Part shown: positions 12,789 through 25,477 of the stretch, piece by piece | Position numbering within the stretch: position 1 is the stretch's first letter | Layout: every line of letters begins with the position of its first letter | Source: Eledone cirrhosa | Lineage: Eukaryota | Reading direction: 5' to 3' | DNA: 64,000 nt | Assembly (NCBI GenBank): GCA_964016885.1 | Contig: OZ024740.1 | Location: 79,422,001-79,486,000 of the forward strand | Program-made: the position numbers and the translations under genes | Notes under the pieces: model-generated | Told to the model about the DNA's origin: nothing | The model's input: the letters and a program-made list of their open reading frames with translations, nothing else | Databases searched by the model: none

Positions 12789-14324
12789 ATATCTATGTAA
12801 TGACCAATCGCAAAAAGACCAATCGCCTTCATGGATTTGCAATAGAGACTGAAATGGTCAGAAATACACACTAAAACTAATTATTATGTTATTGAATAAC
12901 AAAGAAATTAAAATCTAACAAATTCGGGAACTAATTAATTTCCTGATTTGCTTTTTCCATAACTAACATCTAATTTTAAGTTCCGTGCGAAGTGGGAAAT
13001 TTATGGCAATAACGAAAAAACAAATAGTTCTTTTGCAGAGATTATTGTTTATACAGAAATTCTGTTGTGGAATAAACGGCCGAATAGTTAAGAATTCGAT
13101 TCACAATCATTAGACTCTGGGCTCGATCCCCACTATGTGGAATTTTGAGCAAGTGTAATTTACGACATCCTCTTGTCGACCAAAAACTTGTGAATGAAAT
13201 CAGGTTCACGAAAACAGCTTGGAAGCCCATCGGATGGACTGTACCAGTAAATTAAAAAGCCGGCCTTGTTGCACACTGTGTTGCTGAATCTCATTGAGAT
13301 TCATTTTAAGAGGTAATGCTATGCCAATTACATGAGAGATTCAGGAGCAGGCTTTTCTGTTGATCGAACAACTGGAGCACTCAGTTGTGAACGCAAACAC
13401 GGCTGAAGGATTAAAAAGTTCCCGGGTCCGATCTCACTGCGTAGCATCTAAGGTTGTCTTACGTATTGTGAGTAAAATTGGAAGCCGTCGGGTGTACTGT
13501 AGCTGTAAATATAACACATTGTATCATGCTGGTTTGGCTTAGGTATTATCTTAATGGTACACGTGTTTGTGGAATACTCAACAACTTACATGTTAATTCG
13601 CGAGTTGAAATTTCAGTCAATCGAACAGCTATAGAGCTGTTCGAAACCGACAGAAGATCCATGATTAAATTAGAATACTATATAGTGGATAAAATGTTCT
13701 TATATAATTATGTTGTTGTTTTTTTCATGTAAAAGCAAGCGCACCCTAACAAGAAGTCTACAGTCGGCGGGGTCGTTGTTATCACCAATAAACGGTATGA
13801 TGCTACTGTTGTTGCTACTGAGCCGCCAACTGTCTGCTTATAAACTGTCGACTCCGGCAAACCGTTCGGCCGATGAACGTACTGCGATTTATGTATTTAA
13901 AAAAACGCTCACACCTACCCAACTCTTTTTTGGGGGTAGAAGGAGCTCCAAAGCGGTGCCCCAGCATGATCGCAGTCTAATGACTGAGACAAGTTAATAA
14001 ATACAACGTTGATAAATAAAACAAATAACGACCACACTAAAAATACTTCATGTTGTTTCAACCATGGGGCAGCTGTATGATGTTAATGTGACTTCAGTCA
14101 TTATAATATTCGGTGGACTGGCAGTATCGTTGGAGCGTCGGACAACATGTTTTATGACATAGGGTTACGGCCCTTTACGGTCTGAGTTCAAATCCTGTCG
14201 AGGTTAGCTTTGCATTTCATCATTACTGGGTCGATAAAGTACTAGTAACGTACTGGAGTCGATTTAATCGACTTTCCCCCTTCCTCCAAATGATTGGCCT
14301 TGTGTCTAAATAGACAACAGTTTA

Positions 14325-14730
14325 AGTCTAAGAAAAGGTACAAAGATTGTATTAAGAAAAACGTAAAATGTCTGAGTTTAGACATATATCGTAATACACA
14401 GAAAAAGACAATTAAATCAGGGTTTCAACTATTGGACGAAACAAAAAGTACGAAAGTAGTGCTGAAATGGGCACGAAGAAATGATGAGTTGGTAGGGCTT
14501 GAAAATGTTGATTATTGGAATTGCAATTTCTGTCACCGTGTCCTCTCTAAAGCCGGTTTTGTAAACCATATGAAAACGCATGAATAGTCAATGACAGGCA
14601 GATTATGTTACATATCTCGCTGCACCTCCAGATGTAACTACTTGTCAAATTTGTAACAAGATATGTAAGACAACCCCCGGGTTAAAACGCCATTTGAAGG
14701 TTCATCAACATGAAATTTTACATTCTGATC
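14325..14730 (+). mobile_element. RTE-like LINE C-terminal fragment with two C2H2 zinc fingers
   Basis: KRYKDCIKKNVK..., CNFCHRVLSKAGFVNHMKTH, and CQICNKICKTTPGLKRHLKVH (14643-14705). Confidence 0.6.
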
Positions 14731-14789
14731 CAATAAACTCAGTACATACACTGGCATACATTTGTTACTTGAGCCAAAGACTTTGTAAA

Positions 14790-15200
14790 TCAGTTTCTGG
14801 TCAGTCCCTTTATGGTGGACTGACCAGAAACTGAACCAGTGTTCACTTGTCCTTTCCCCTATGCTACGGGCTGTTTCACCTATGTATGCTGTGTTCTTAT
14901 TTCTACACTGTCCCTCGGTACATCTTATGATATATACTACGTTTCTAGTTTTGCAGTTAGTTTGCGGGTTTAGCTTGCAGACTATGCATTTCCTATCACT
15001 GCAGGGGTTTCTTTGAAATGGATATGTTTTACTAATTAGAGTTTTTATGTGAATACTTGGTCTGTCAACTATCTTAATATTTAACTTTAGCTTGGTTAGC
15101 GCCCTTCTAATTCCGTAAGTTAGTTCGCCTCCGGGGGTTGCATTGATGAACATTACACTCTGGTGTTTATTGCTATAATACCATCAGTTGATTCTATTTG
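14790..15200 (-). pseudogene. Penelope-like element GIY-YIG endonuclease fragment
   Basis: CSDRKCIVC...CKTRNVVYIIRC...C...YIGETARSIGERTSEH is a Cys-rich linker plus the PLE GIY-YIG. It ends in a fold-back (TCAGTTTCTGGTCAGTCC / GGACTGACCAGAAACTGA). Confidence 0.85.
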
Positions 15201-15447
15201 TCTTTTTATAATCCTTTCAAACACACACAACCGCATGTAACGCATGCACAAACCAAAGAGATGCACAAAATAAAAACCCAGTCACTGAGGAGGTCACAAA
15301 ATGTATGACCAAAGAGCTTTGACAATATAGAAACAACCATCTGGTTATCGAACCAACCAACCAGCCAGAAATTTATAAATTAATAATAACTTGAAGTGAA
15401 AACCAACAGGTGCGTGTGTTTTTATTGGCAGCATGACCCTCCCAAAG

Positions 15448-15478
<31 letters not shown>

Positions 15479-15481
<3 letters not shown>

Positions 15482-16010
15482 TAATCCCCCGCTATATCGT
15501 GGTTCACTTTTCGCGGTCTCGCTACATCGCGGATTTTTCTTTGAAACGTACCTAATTTCCTATCGCGGATTTTTCGTTAGAACATCTATTTTATTATCGC
15601 GGTACGTTCATCTGAATAAAAAGTGTTTAAAATTTAAACTTATTAAATAAGTTTCGATGTGATTGAAGTGCATAGCGTAAGGAAGGGGCATGTTTTTTTT
15701 ATTTTTCATTCCATTACTGATTTACTGATTGTGTTTTCCTCTATATATCTACTATAAACCCTTCATAGATTGACGGGAGATGTGCAGTGTATTACCAAGT
15801 GGCTACCGTGGCTGGCAATGGTCCTCATTTGTAACTAGTGGTACGATCGTTGGTGGTAGTTTCTATACGATCGTTACTGGCTGTTTTTGGTGTTTAAATA
15901 CAAAAGTATGTTTTAATGAGTTTATATGTACTTAAAGCATGTAGGAAAGGTATTTTAAGGCTTAAACTATGAAAACAACGGTTGTCTTCCCCCGCGATAA
16001 ACGGGTGATT

Positions 16011-16014
<4 letters not shown>
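15479..16014. mobile_element. pogo/Tigger-like MITE
   Basis: TIRs CAGTAATCCCCCGCTATATCG / CGATAAACGGGTGATTATTG in a TA context. Confidence 0.7.
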
Positions 16015-16101
<87 letters not shown>

Positions 16102-17467
16102 AAATGGTCAGAAAACTTCTATATGCGATAAACATAACATGTACATAAATTGTAGCGCATACACAAATAGATGTGTGTTTTGGTAGTTTGGGGAAAAGAA
16201 TACAATTATTGGGGGACCATGTTTCCTCCCTGATCCCTTCCCCAGTTCCACCACCCCTGATAATAGAGACCTAAACATAACATACCTGAAAAAAGGCATA
16301 TTAAATCTATGGCTACATAACTGCGGTCAGAGTTGGAATGCCTTTGATCATAAGTCTTTTCGATCGGAGCTGACCTTATGCTAAACAAAAAGAACAACAA
16401 CAATGACCTGTTTCGACATTTTTATCAAGTTTCAACACGGTTATAATAACAAAGCGTGACAAAAGTTAAAACACCTCTAAAATATGTATTTCATGGACAA
16501 GAATGAACAAGACCATTCATTCTTGGTTTCGTTGCTAAGAATAAATATTTGGTTGTTAGCCAGTTTACAATACAACGAGGTACTGTTCATTGCTGACCCA
16601 ATAGATTTGGAGATCTTTCACCAAAGACCAAAATATATTTGCGACTATTTTTACTCTGCTAGCTTGGCATAATTTTATATTCTGAATGTAGAGGATTTGG
16701 GGGGATTTTTTTTTTAACATGATTTACGACTAGACATTCACTATAGCACTAAATACTGCATAGTGGATGCAGGTACGGCTAAATGGTTAAAATGTTCGCC
16801 TAGCAATCATGAGGTACCGGGTTTAATTCCACTGCATAGCATCTTGTGCATGTGACATTACCATAGCCTCGGGTCAACTTAAGCCTCGTGAGCGAAATTG
16901 GATAAACAGAAACTGTGAAGATTCTGTCTGAATTATGTTATGAGTTCACGTCAATGGAATACTCAACAACTTATGCGTTAATTCATGAGATGGATGTTCA
17001 GTTGATCAAACGACCGCAGACCTGTCAACTCTCCCCGTTCTACGGGAGATCTCCCACCCACTTTGGGGTGGGTTAGAGATATCTTCTCCCCGTTTTAGGG
17101 CACTTTTTTTCATGGTCCTCCCCGTTCGGATTTTTAGAGGTTGGCAGGCTACACCACCAAATACTGCAAAATAAATGAACCTGTGTTATAGTTGTTTAAC
17201 TCCGAATTTTCCCTCTAATATTACTAAGAGGTTAAATGGCCGTTTGGTGAGTTTGGTGATTCCCTTTGATTATGTCCCTATCTTCAGAATCTACCAAACT
17301 CCCATGGTTTTCTCTGGTGGCGGGATAGCGGTAGCAAGATAACATTATAAGGAGTTAAATGCTGAAATGTTAACTCTTTATTGTTGGGCTTGGGATGTAG
17401 AGTGTAGTCGGGAGGGGGAGGAAGCTCCAAAGTAAAGCTGTTGTGTACAAGAGGAATTGGAGAACAT

Positions 17468-17651
17468 GGATTGGCAGTATCGGTAGAGGGTCGGACGCCA
17501 TGCTTTCCAGCATAGTTACGTCCCTTTACGATCTGAGTTCAAATCGCGCCGAGGTTGACTTTGCCTTTCATCCTTACGGGGTCGATAAAATAAAGTACCA
17601 GTAATGCACTGGGTAATTGCTGGCCTTGTGCCTAAAGTAGAAACAATTATT
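17468..17651 (+). mobile_element. SINE family A (Meta-like)
   Basis: Full-length match to the 497-680 copy. Confidence 0.85.
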
Positions 17652-17796
17652 TGTACGGGATATGTGGAAGAGAGCATGAGAATGGCATCTCAACCATATT
17701 TTAAGCAAGGCCTAATTTATCTATAAGTACAGACCCCTGATCAACCCTATTTTAAGCAGGTTCTAATTTATCTATAAGCTACAGACTTTTGATGCT

Positions 17797-18050
17797 GTGA
17801 CACCTACTCAAGTACGTTTGGCTACCAGCCCAGGCTCTGCTGCCCGCCAAGCCGAAGGGGGCAAACTGTCCAAGTATCGGCCGCTCTCTGATAGGTTTGT
17901 GGTAGAGCCTCTAGCAGTGGAGACCTCTGGGGTTCTTGGTCTCGGACCACATCCCTACTCACAGCTATCGGAGCGGAGTTGGTCGCGTGCAGGTGCGAGC
18001 ACTACGAGGTGGAATCGCTGTTCCAGCGCGTCTCCCTCACCGACGCGTAT
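17797..18050 (+). mobile_element. CRE-clade non-LTR retrotransposon 3' fragment (RLE domain end)
   Basis: PGSAARQAEGGKLSKY...FVVEPLAVETSGVLG...(frameshift)...LFQRVSL. Confidence 0.7.
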
Positions 18051-18164
18051 TTGTGAGTGTAAGGCTTTGTAACATCAGTTTTTGTAAAAATAAATCGCAG
18101 TTTGACAAATTTTCCGATTTTCTAGCGACCACCCTGTGTGTATATATATATATACATATATATA

Positions 18165-18246
<82 letters not shown>

Positions 18247-18457
18247 GCGAAGGGTACGTGCATGCAACGCATGCAGTGCATGCGTTATAGAATCTTGAGT
18301 TGATCAATGGAACTTAGCTGAGAACAGACTTCCTGATGACGAAAGGCTTTTCCATCCTTTCCATTTGAAAACCATGTTTATTCCCTTTCAGAAACTAATT
18401 AATTGGAGTGAAATTTTAGTAAGTAAATTAATTTTTATAATTTTCTTATTTTACGTC

Positions 18458-18497
<40 letters not shown>

Positions 18498-18510
18498 TAA
18501 AATAACAGAT

Positions 18511-18567
18511 TAAAGTTTAAGCAAAGAATCGCTGCTTTCACCCTTAACGGGATCTTCTGAAACTAAC
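18511..18567 (-). ncRNA. Hammerhead-like motif (CAGAAGA core), copy 1
   Basis: Reverse complement AGTTT-CAGAAGA-TCCC/GTTAA/GGGT-GAAA-GCA..TGC-TT-AAACT. Confidence 0.5.
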
Positions 18568-18726
18568 CTACGGTTCTTATATATTTGATATATATTTATC
18601 CCTATCGAGTCCTCTTTGGATTTTAGTCTTCAAATTTATTATTATTACTATATATATATATATATTAGAAAGTGAGGTTTTTTTTACAAAATGAAAAATA
18701 ACCGAGGTGTCCTACACGAGTGAAAG

Positions 18727-19013
18727 TATAAAGAAAAAAAGATGAAATCGAAAATGCAACTGGAGTCTTATTTAAAAAAATATATATATATTTATTTGGT
18801 TCTTTTACCGGTTTCGCAGTTCTTCTGCTTTTCAAAAGTAGAGTTGAGATGGAGGGTCTGTGGTTTTTCTCACATCTGTGAGACCCTCCGTCTCAACTCA
18901 CCTTTTGAAAAGCAGAAGAACTGCGAAACCGGTAAAAGAACCAAATAAATATATATATATTTTTAAAAATAAGACTCAAGTTGCATTTTCGATTTCATCT
19001 TTTTTTCTTTATA
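18727..19013. mobile_element. Fold-back element with UUGAAAA-core hammerhead motifs in both arms
   Basis: ~130-bp inverted arms. The + motif at 18899-18940 reads TTGAAAA-GCAG/AAGAA/CTGC-GAAA-CCGG-TA. Confidence 0.7.
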
Positions 19014-19320
19014 TATATATATATATATATAAAAACAAATAACGAAACGAAATTAAATTTCGTTTCGCTTCTAACTCACTTTTGTATGACTGACGCTTAA
19101 ACAATTAAGTTAAAGTGTACATCTACATATGTATACGGAAGTATTAGTATGCATATAAATACACACATGTATACATATGTACATGTACTCAGCTTTTCAC
19201 TAGACACTTTACAGTGAGTGTCAGCTAGTCTGTATGTAACCACACAGGCGGACCGGGTTTTAGAGTCATACGAGTTTTCAAGGAAACACATTTCCTCTAT
19301 TCTCCAGAGGGCCAGACAGG

Positions 19321-19365
19321 AATATTGGACTAGTTTCGATGTTATTACATCTCATCAGCAATATT
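19321..19365 (-). ncRNA. Canonical type I minimal hammerhead ribozyme motif
   Basis: Reverse complement AATATTG-CTGATGA-GATGT/AATA/ACATC-GAAA-CTAG-TC-CAATATT: 7-bp stem I, 5-bp stem II, palindromic stem III, GUC triplet. Confidence 0.85.
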
Positions 19366-19548
19366 TACCCATCTTCCGGCTTCTCTGGAGAATTGTAAAA
19401 GCACATATCGTTATATGCTTTTTCTATGAAAATTAGTAGTTCCTATATATATATATAGGAACAAGTTCCTATTACCGACTCTACTACCCTAAGTATTGAG
19501 TACTTTGGTGCGTTATGGTCCATCTGGTTCCTTACCACAATTCCTTCG

Positions 19549-19603
<55 letters not shown>

Positions 19604-19621
19604 TTTATTAAAATAACAGAT

Positions 19622-19678
19622 TAAAGTTTAAGCAAAGAATCGCTGCTTTCACCCTTAACGGGATCTTCTGAAACTAAC
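19622..19678 (-). ncRNA. Hammerhead-like motif (CAGAAGA core), copy 2
   Basis: Identical to 18511-18567 and adjacent to (TA)n. Confidence 0.5.
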
Positions 19679-21463
19679 AAAGTCAATCTGTAAACGCAGA
19701 ACTGGATATTTCAAAAAACGTTGCAACCGGAGGAAGACAGGAAGACGATACTTTGGTTCGTGGTAACGCTCGCTGGCAAAGAACGGGAAAAAACGAATAA
19801 TACGTCATTAATAGGAGCGGTGAAAAACAATTACGCGCAAAGACAAAACCACGTTTATGGTATAAAAGAGGTCGTAGACTAATGTTCTCTATGTGGTGCA
19901 TAGAGACGTTCTCTGGCAATGAACGAAAAAACGAAGATAATAAGTCATATGTGGAGCGTTGAGAACAATAGCACGCAAAGACAAAACCACGTAAATGGTA
20001 TAGCAGAAGTCGTAGACTAAAATTCTAAAAAGAATACTTATAGCCTACAGCAGACCAAAAAGTGCCGCCCCTATAAAAGTGTCACCTTGGGCGGACCGCC
20101 CCTGGTCCCCCTCTAGCTACGCTACTGGACTCTCCTCTACTACTAAAGACATTGTTGATAACCAAATCGAGTGTTTTAAATATAGAAATAATCTGCTTTT
20201 GATCCAGGATATTTTGAGCGGTGTCTAATTTATCTATACGCACCACTATTTGATATGCCAGAAGAGACTTGTTGAACAAATATGTTGTCGTTTATAGATT
20301 AACAGACGAAATTAAAAAGACAGATACTTCTGGAAACACGAGTAATGTAAGGAATACTCCAGGCGGCACTAGTACGCATGTCTGACTTGTGGCAGATCAC
20401 ACCGCCACAATTCAGGTTTGTCCCGATGTCTTTTTATGCTTCCCACATAGTCCATCCTGAACATTAACGACCTACTTTGTTGCCACTCCTATGCATATTA
20501 TAACACTCTTCGTTTCCCCTTAACGTTCTCTTTTCAAGCGTCATTCATACTCAATCTCGATAAGTGGTGACACATTTCAACTGCATACTTGTACTTTTAC
20601 ACGACTATTTTAACGATATAAAGTCACAATCACTATTCATATCTTCCAGCTTTCTAATCACGTTAGATCCGCTTTGTTTTTAATTCTTGTGTCAATTGGC
20701 GAAAGTGCTAGAGCGTTGAACTCTATTTCGTCATGTCAAACTCGCAATCAAAACCTTCGAACCCGCTACAAATACAAGTTATTAGAATCTCTGGTAATCT
20801 TTGCTGATAATCCCACATTTATAAGATAACTAAAGCAGCTTTACAAAAAAGAGTGTTTAGCTTCATGATCAGATAATACTTCAGTACAGATCAGCTTTTG
20901 ATTCTTTATGGCCGAATGTTTAAGAAGTTCACTTCGTAATCGTAAGGCTCCGGGTTCGATCCCACAGCGTATAATTTATCGTATCCTCGTGAGTGAATCT
21001 GAGTAGACAGAAACTGTGCGGAAGCCCATTGGATGGATTGTCCCACATATTCAAAGGATCAGCCTTGTTAGACGCTATGTTAGTTTGAATCTTCCTGAGA
21101 ATTACGTTGAGAAAACACGTGTTTGCGGAATGTTCAGCCACTTACACATTAATTTCTCGGGCAGATTCATGAAGTTTAATTAAGATACACAATAAACAAT
21201 TGATCTAACATTGATTGACAAATATCCACTCACAATCAGGGCCTCCAAGAGAAATTTTGCAAAGCGGTACACGACCCCTTTGGGACCCGAAGTAGGCAAA
21301 GATTATTCTCAAAATTGCTGTTGCGTGGTTGCTGTAAGGCCTTCTTAGCTCTTGGGCCCCGGAACAAAGTACCGGCTGGGCACCTGCGCCCTCTCATAGG
21401 CCCTGCTCACAATATACTCATGATCTTCCGTCGGCTGCGACGATGAGCATTCAGTTTTTCAAT

Positions 21464-21785
21464 TACTCTCGGTTCTCAAATAATAGGGAACGTTGAAATA
21501 AGAGCGGGATAGGGGAATCGGTAAATTTTCTAGGTTGTCTGTTGATTTAAAAAAACAAAAAACCAGAATTAGTCGTTTAGTTTACATATTGAGACCCCAA
21601 CCCATCTTATTTATTTTATAACGTATGAGATTTCTAGTAATGTAATTTTTTGTCATGTATTTTGTCTTTTAATGTCTAAAGAAAATCAATTGTCACAGGA
21701 ATCCTACGACTTAAATTAAAATTTCGCCATAGATTAGGAAAATTTAATAAGCAATTTAATAAAGATTATTCGAAACCCGAAAGTA
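21464..21785. mobile_element. MITE with ~20-bp TIRs (further copies at ~25564, 43179-43468, 44234-44566)
   Basis: TACTCTCGGTTCTCAAATAAT / ATTATTCGAAACCCGAAAGTA termini and a shared internal TTTAGTTTACATATTGAGACCCC block. Confidence 0.65.
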
Positions 21786-22209
21786 TATATCTCGCTATTA
21801 ATTCTCGATGATCCTGGAAGGATGAAAAACAAAGTTGATTACAGCGGCGTTTGAACTCAAATAGCTGTATTTAATTGCGCCTTATACGACGCTCTACTGA
21901 CTTATCTAATCCACATCTTGAGAGAACTTTAAAAAAAAAAGCTTACTTCCTAGACACATAGAAGTAATTCATCCTAATTTTTCTTGCCTTCCTTTGGGTG
22001 TGTGTAGGCGCACGCCTGTATGACTATCAGGAAAAAGTCATTTAGTTTCTAGGGTTGTCATATTTCTTAACCACCCCTTTTCCAACTTCAGCAATGTTTT
22101 TTTTCTATTATTTTCTTTCTTCTTCCCGAGCTTGCGCGCGCGCACACACACACACACACGTGTATGTCTATGTTTGTATATACACACACATACATGTGTG
22201 TATATGTGC

Positions 22210-22270
<61 letters not shown>

Positions 22271-23944
22271 CATACATCCATTTGTGTGTCTATGTGCGTA
22301 TATATATTTATATATATACACATACATGTGTGTCTCTATGTGCGTATATATATATATATATACACACATATGTCAGAGAGAGAGAATACAAGAGATAGAG
22401 AGACGAAATGAATTCTAGTTTTTCCACCATTGCTAGCAACCCAACTAAACTAAACTCTCATCCAATTCTCCACCAATCCGTATCGTGCTATGGTGTTTAT
22501 AATTCAGGTTTCTCCACAAACACATACACAGTAACGGAGACATACTTAGTTAACGTTATTTACTTACACGCACTACAAATATTGCTTTAATTTATGTCGC
22601 TTTACTTTTCCTGCTTCTGGCTTCACAGAGAATTGTATTTGAAATAAACTATTCTCTTGTATTTTCTTTCTATCGCCTGCTCTCATTTCTCTCTCTTTTC
22701 TACACTATAACTTGTTACAGAGAAAGCCCCTATGTGGTCAATTGTCCTGTTAATACTTCTTTCTGGCATTGACACAGTGTCAGCAATATAGGGGAAGTGG
22801 AAAGTCGATTATATTGATGGCAGTACTTAACTGGTACTTTATTTTATCAGCCTCGGAAATTGAAAGACAAAGTTGACCTCGGTGGAATTTGAAACCAGTG
22901 TGTAAGGGGGTCGTTACAAAATATAGCAATACGTACTAACGATTCTGCCATGCAAGCAAATCGACTTCAAATCACACTTTTTCAGTCTTAAATATGTAAA
23001 AGAAAAACATATTAGATTGTGTTGTCCAACGTGCTTCTAAAAAGACGGGATTGCCACGGCTGGAAATTGAACAACACTAACAATACAAGGGAGCTTTTAT
23101 TTGGTCCCTTAAAAAACTGACACTGGATATTGTAGTCCCTGATACATCTGATAATATAGGCTTGCCTATTGGGACAAGAAAGAAAGCGGGAAGGAAGAGA
23201 GAGAGAAAGAAGGTAGACAAAAGGCAAGAAAGAAATCAACGACAATGTATTCAGTGTGAAAATCTAAATTTTAACCGACCCTTTCCTCACGAAAGCTGTT
23301 TTATATATGTTCCTGTCGGCTGGAACACGTAATAGAGTAAGAGGAAAAGACGGTAAAGGATGCAATGTGGAATTTAAGTGATTTTACGTTCTAGGTTCAA
23401 ATCTCCCTGAGATCGACTTCGTCTTCTATTCTTCCGAAAATCGATTAGATAAGAATCAATCAAGTACTAGTTTGATATAATCGAGGCGAATTGGCAGATT
23501 AGGATAGCACATTTGCGCTATTTGTTCCAGCTCTCTGCGCTCTTAGTTCATATCCCGCCGAGTTTACTGGGTCGAAAAAATAAAGTACCAATCGATTTAA
23601 GTGATTTCCTCCATTCGCTTCAAACTGCTGGTCTTGTGCTAAATGCAGAAACAATTATAAGGTGGTTGGTAGAGCGTCGGACAACATGCTTTGTGGTGTA
23701 TAGTTACGGCCCTATATGTTCTGAGTTCAAATCCCACCGGTTTGCTTTGCCTTCCATCTTTACTGGGCCGATAAATTAAAGTACCAGTAACACACTGGAG
23801 TCGATTTTAGTGACTTTCCCCATTCGCTTCAAAATGTTGTCCTTGTACCAAATGCAGAAACAATTATTTTTAGGGCAGAAGGCTGGCGGTTTACACGCAT
23901 TGGAAAATTCAGTTTAGCTCCATTGCATTCAAAGTTTTAGGACA

Positions 23945-24410
23945 GGAAGACAAGCAAATACCGAGGCTTGTCCAGCCGCTTCCGCTTCGTACTGGTCGCT
24001 GTCGACACCACAGACGTCTTCGGACCCCGTACTGCCAAGATCCTCTGTTAAATCGGAACGTCAACAGTCCGCCCGAGGAAGGAGCTCCGCGAGGTGGTGT
24101 GGATGTTATAGCGGGTGTCGCTGGCCATTGTCCGCGGATATGCCTTTGTAGTTTTGTCCGTGGGGCGCAGCCGAAACACCGCCCCGCCGTAGGTATAGAG
24201 CCTATTACCCTTTCCCCTCTCTTTCTTCCGTGGGCAATAGTCCTTGCTTTTTTGCTCCTTTTCCTCTCATTTATGTCATTTATAGTCCTTTCCTCTACTC
24301 TCCTATACAGCCAGATCTGCCCTTTTTTACCCCTTCCTCCCTTTTTCATTACTTAATTTTGTTATCTTTCTTTCCATATTTCTATCATTGTATAACCTCT
24401 TTTTGTAAAA
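23945..24410 (+). mobile_element. CRE-clade non-LTR retrotransposon 3' end
   Basis: RKTSKYRGLSSRFRFVLVAVDTTDVFGP...REVVWML*RVSLAIVRGYA with stops, followed by a pyrimidine-rich UTR. Confidence 0.7.
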
Positions 24411-24741
24411 TATAGTTCACATAATTTGTTTATGTATAATTCAAATTGCGCCAGGATTAACTTTGCATTTCATCCTCCTTAGATCGAAAACAAATCTATG
24501 TGAGGGAGGGGGCGGGGCTCCGTTGGTAACCACTATGAGTGTTCAAGTTGTTTGATCAATGGAATAGCCTACTCATGAAATCAACGTGCAAATGACTGTG
24601 TATCACACAGACACGTATAATATAAACGTAGTTCTCAGGGAGATTCAGCATCAGGCAGTGTGTGATAAGATGGCCCTTCGAATTACAAGTATAACTCTCT
24701 TTTTTTTAAAGCAAAATGGACTGGATTAATATGATATAAAT

Positions 24742-25477
24742 CAAGGGTGTGCAACATATTCCATTGGTGGGCCACTTTTAAACATTGGAACAACTATTAG
24801 GGCCATTAATACTTATTAAGCACTATTCCAAAGATTCACCACAACTTCTTTCCATAACATGGAACTGGGAAATTATAACACACATAACCCTATCAGTGAA
24901 GCCCTTTAGTATAGGTCAACTGGCACACTATAACACACATAACCCTATCAGTGAAGCCCTTTAGTATAGGTCAACTGGCACACTATAACACACATAACCC
25001 TATCAGTGAAGCCCTTTAGTATAGGTCAACTGGCACACTATAACACACATAACCCTATCAGTGAAGCCCTTTAGTATAGGTCAACTGGCACACTATAACA
25101 CACATAACCCTATCAGTGAAGCCCTTTAGTATAGGTCAACTGGCACACTATAACACACATAACCCTATCAGTGAAGCCCTTTAGTATAGGTCAACTGGCA
25201 CACTATAACACACATAACCCTATCAGTGAAGCCCTTTAGTATAGGTCAACTGGCACACTATAACACACATAACCCTATCAGTGAAGCCCTTTAGTATAGG
25301 TCAACTGGCACACTATAACACACATAACCCTATCAGTGAAGCCCTTTAGTATAGGTCAACTAACAGAAAATTCTATATAAGCCTACAAGGTAAACATTAA
25401 AAACGGTCATCGCGGGCTACTCTGACTGGTCTGGCGGGCCGGATTGTGGTCCGTGGGCCACCTGTTGCACGCCCCTG
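24742..25477. mobile_element. hAT MITE with internal tandem expansion, inserted into a family B SINE (-)
   Basis: TIRs CAAGGGTGTGCAAC / GTTGCACGCCCCTG and TSD ATATAAAT/ATATAAAG. Confidence 0.85.
24874..25361. repeat. 55-bp perfect tandem array (~9 copies)
   Basis: Unit TATAACACACATAACCCTATCAGTGAAGCCCTTTAGTATAGGTCAACTGGCACAC. Confidence 0.95.

Noticed and set aside
18325-18385. CTGATGA followed by a GAAAGG/CCTTTC hairpin in a TA-flanked unit
   Set aside because: GAAA is displaced and there is no convincing stem I or III. At best a decayed HHR.
22038-22418. [12 protein letters not shown] ORFs here and elsewhere
   Set aside because: Dinucleotide microsatellite translations.
24874-25361. CRISPR-like appearance of regular arrays (also 10148-10812, 38919-39974, 62782-63119)
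   Set aside because: Head-to-tail tandem units with no unique spacers, no cas genes, and a eukaryotic context.
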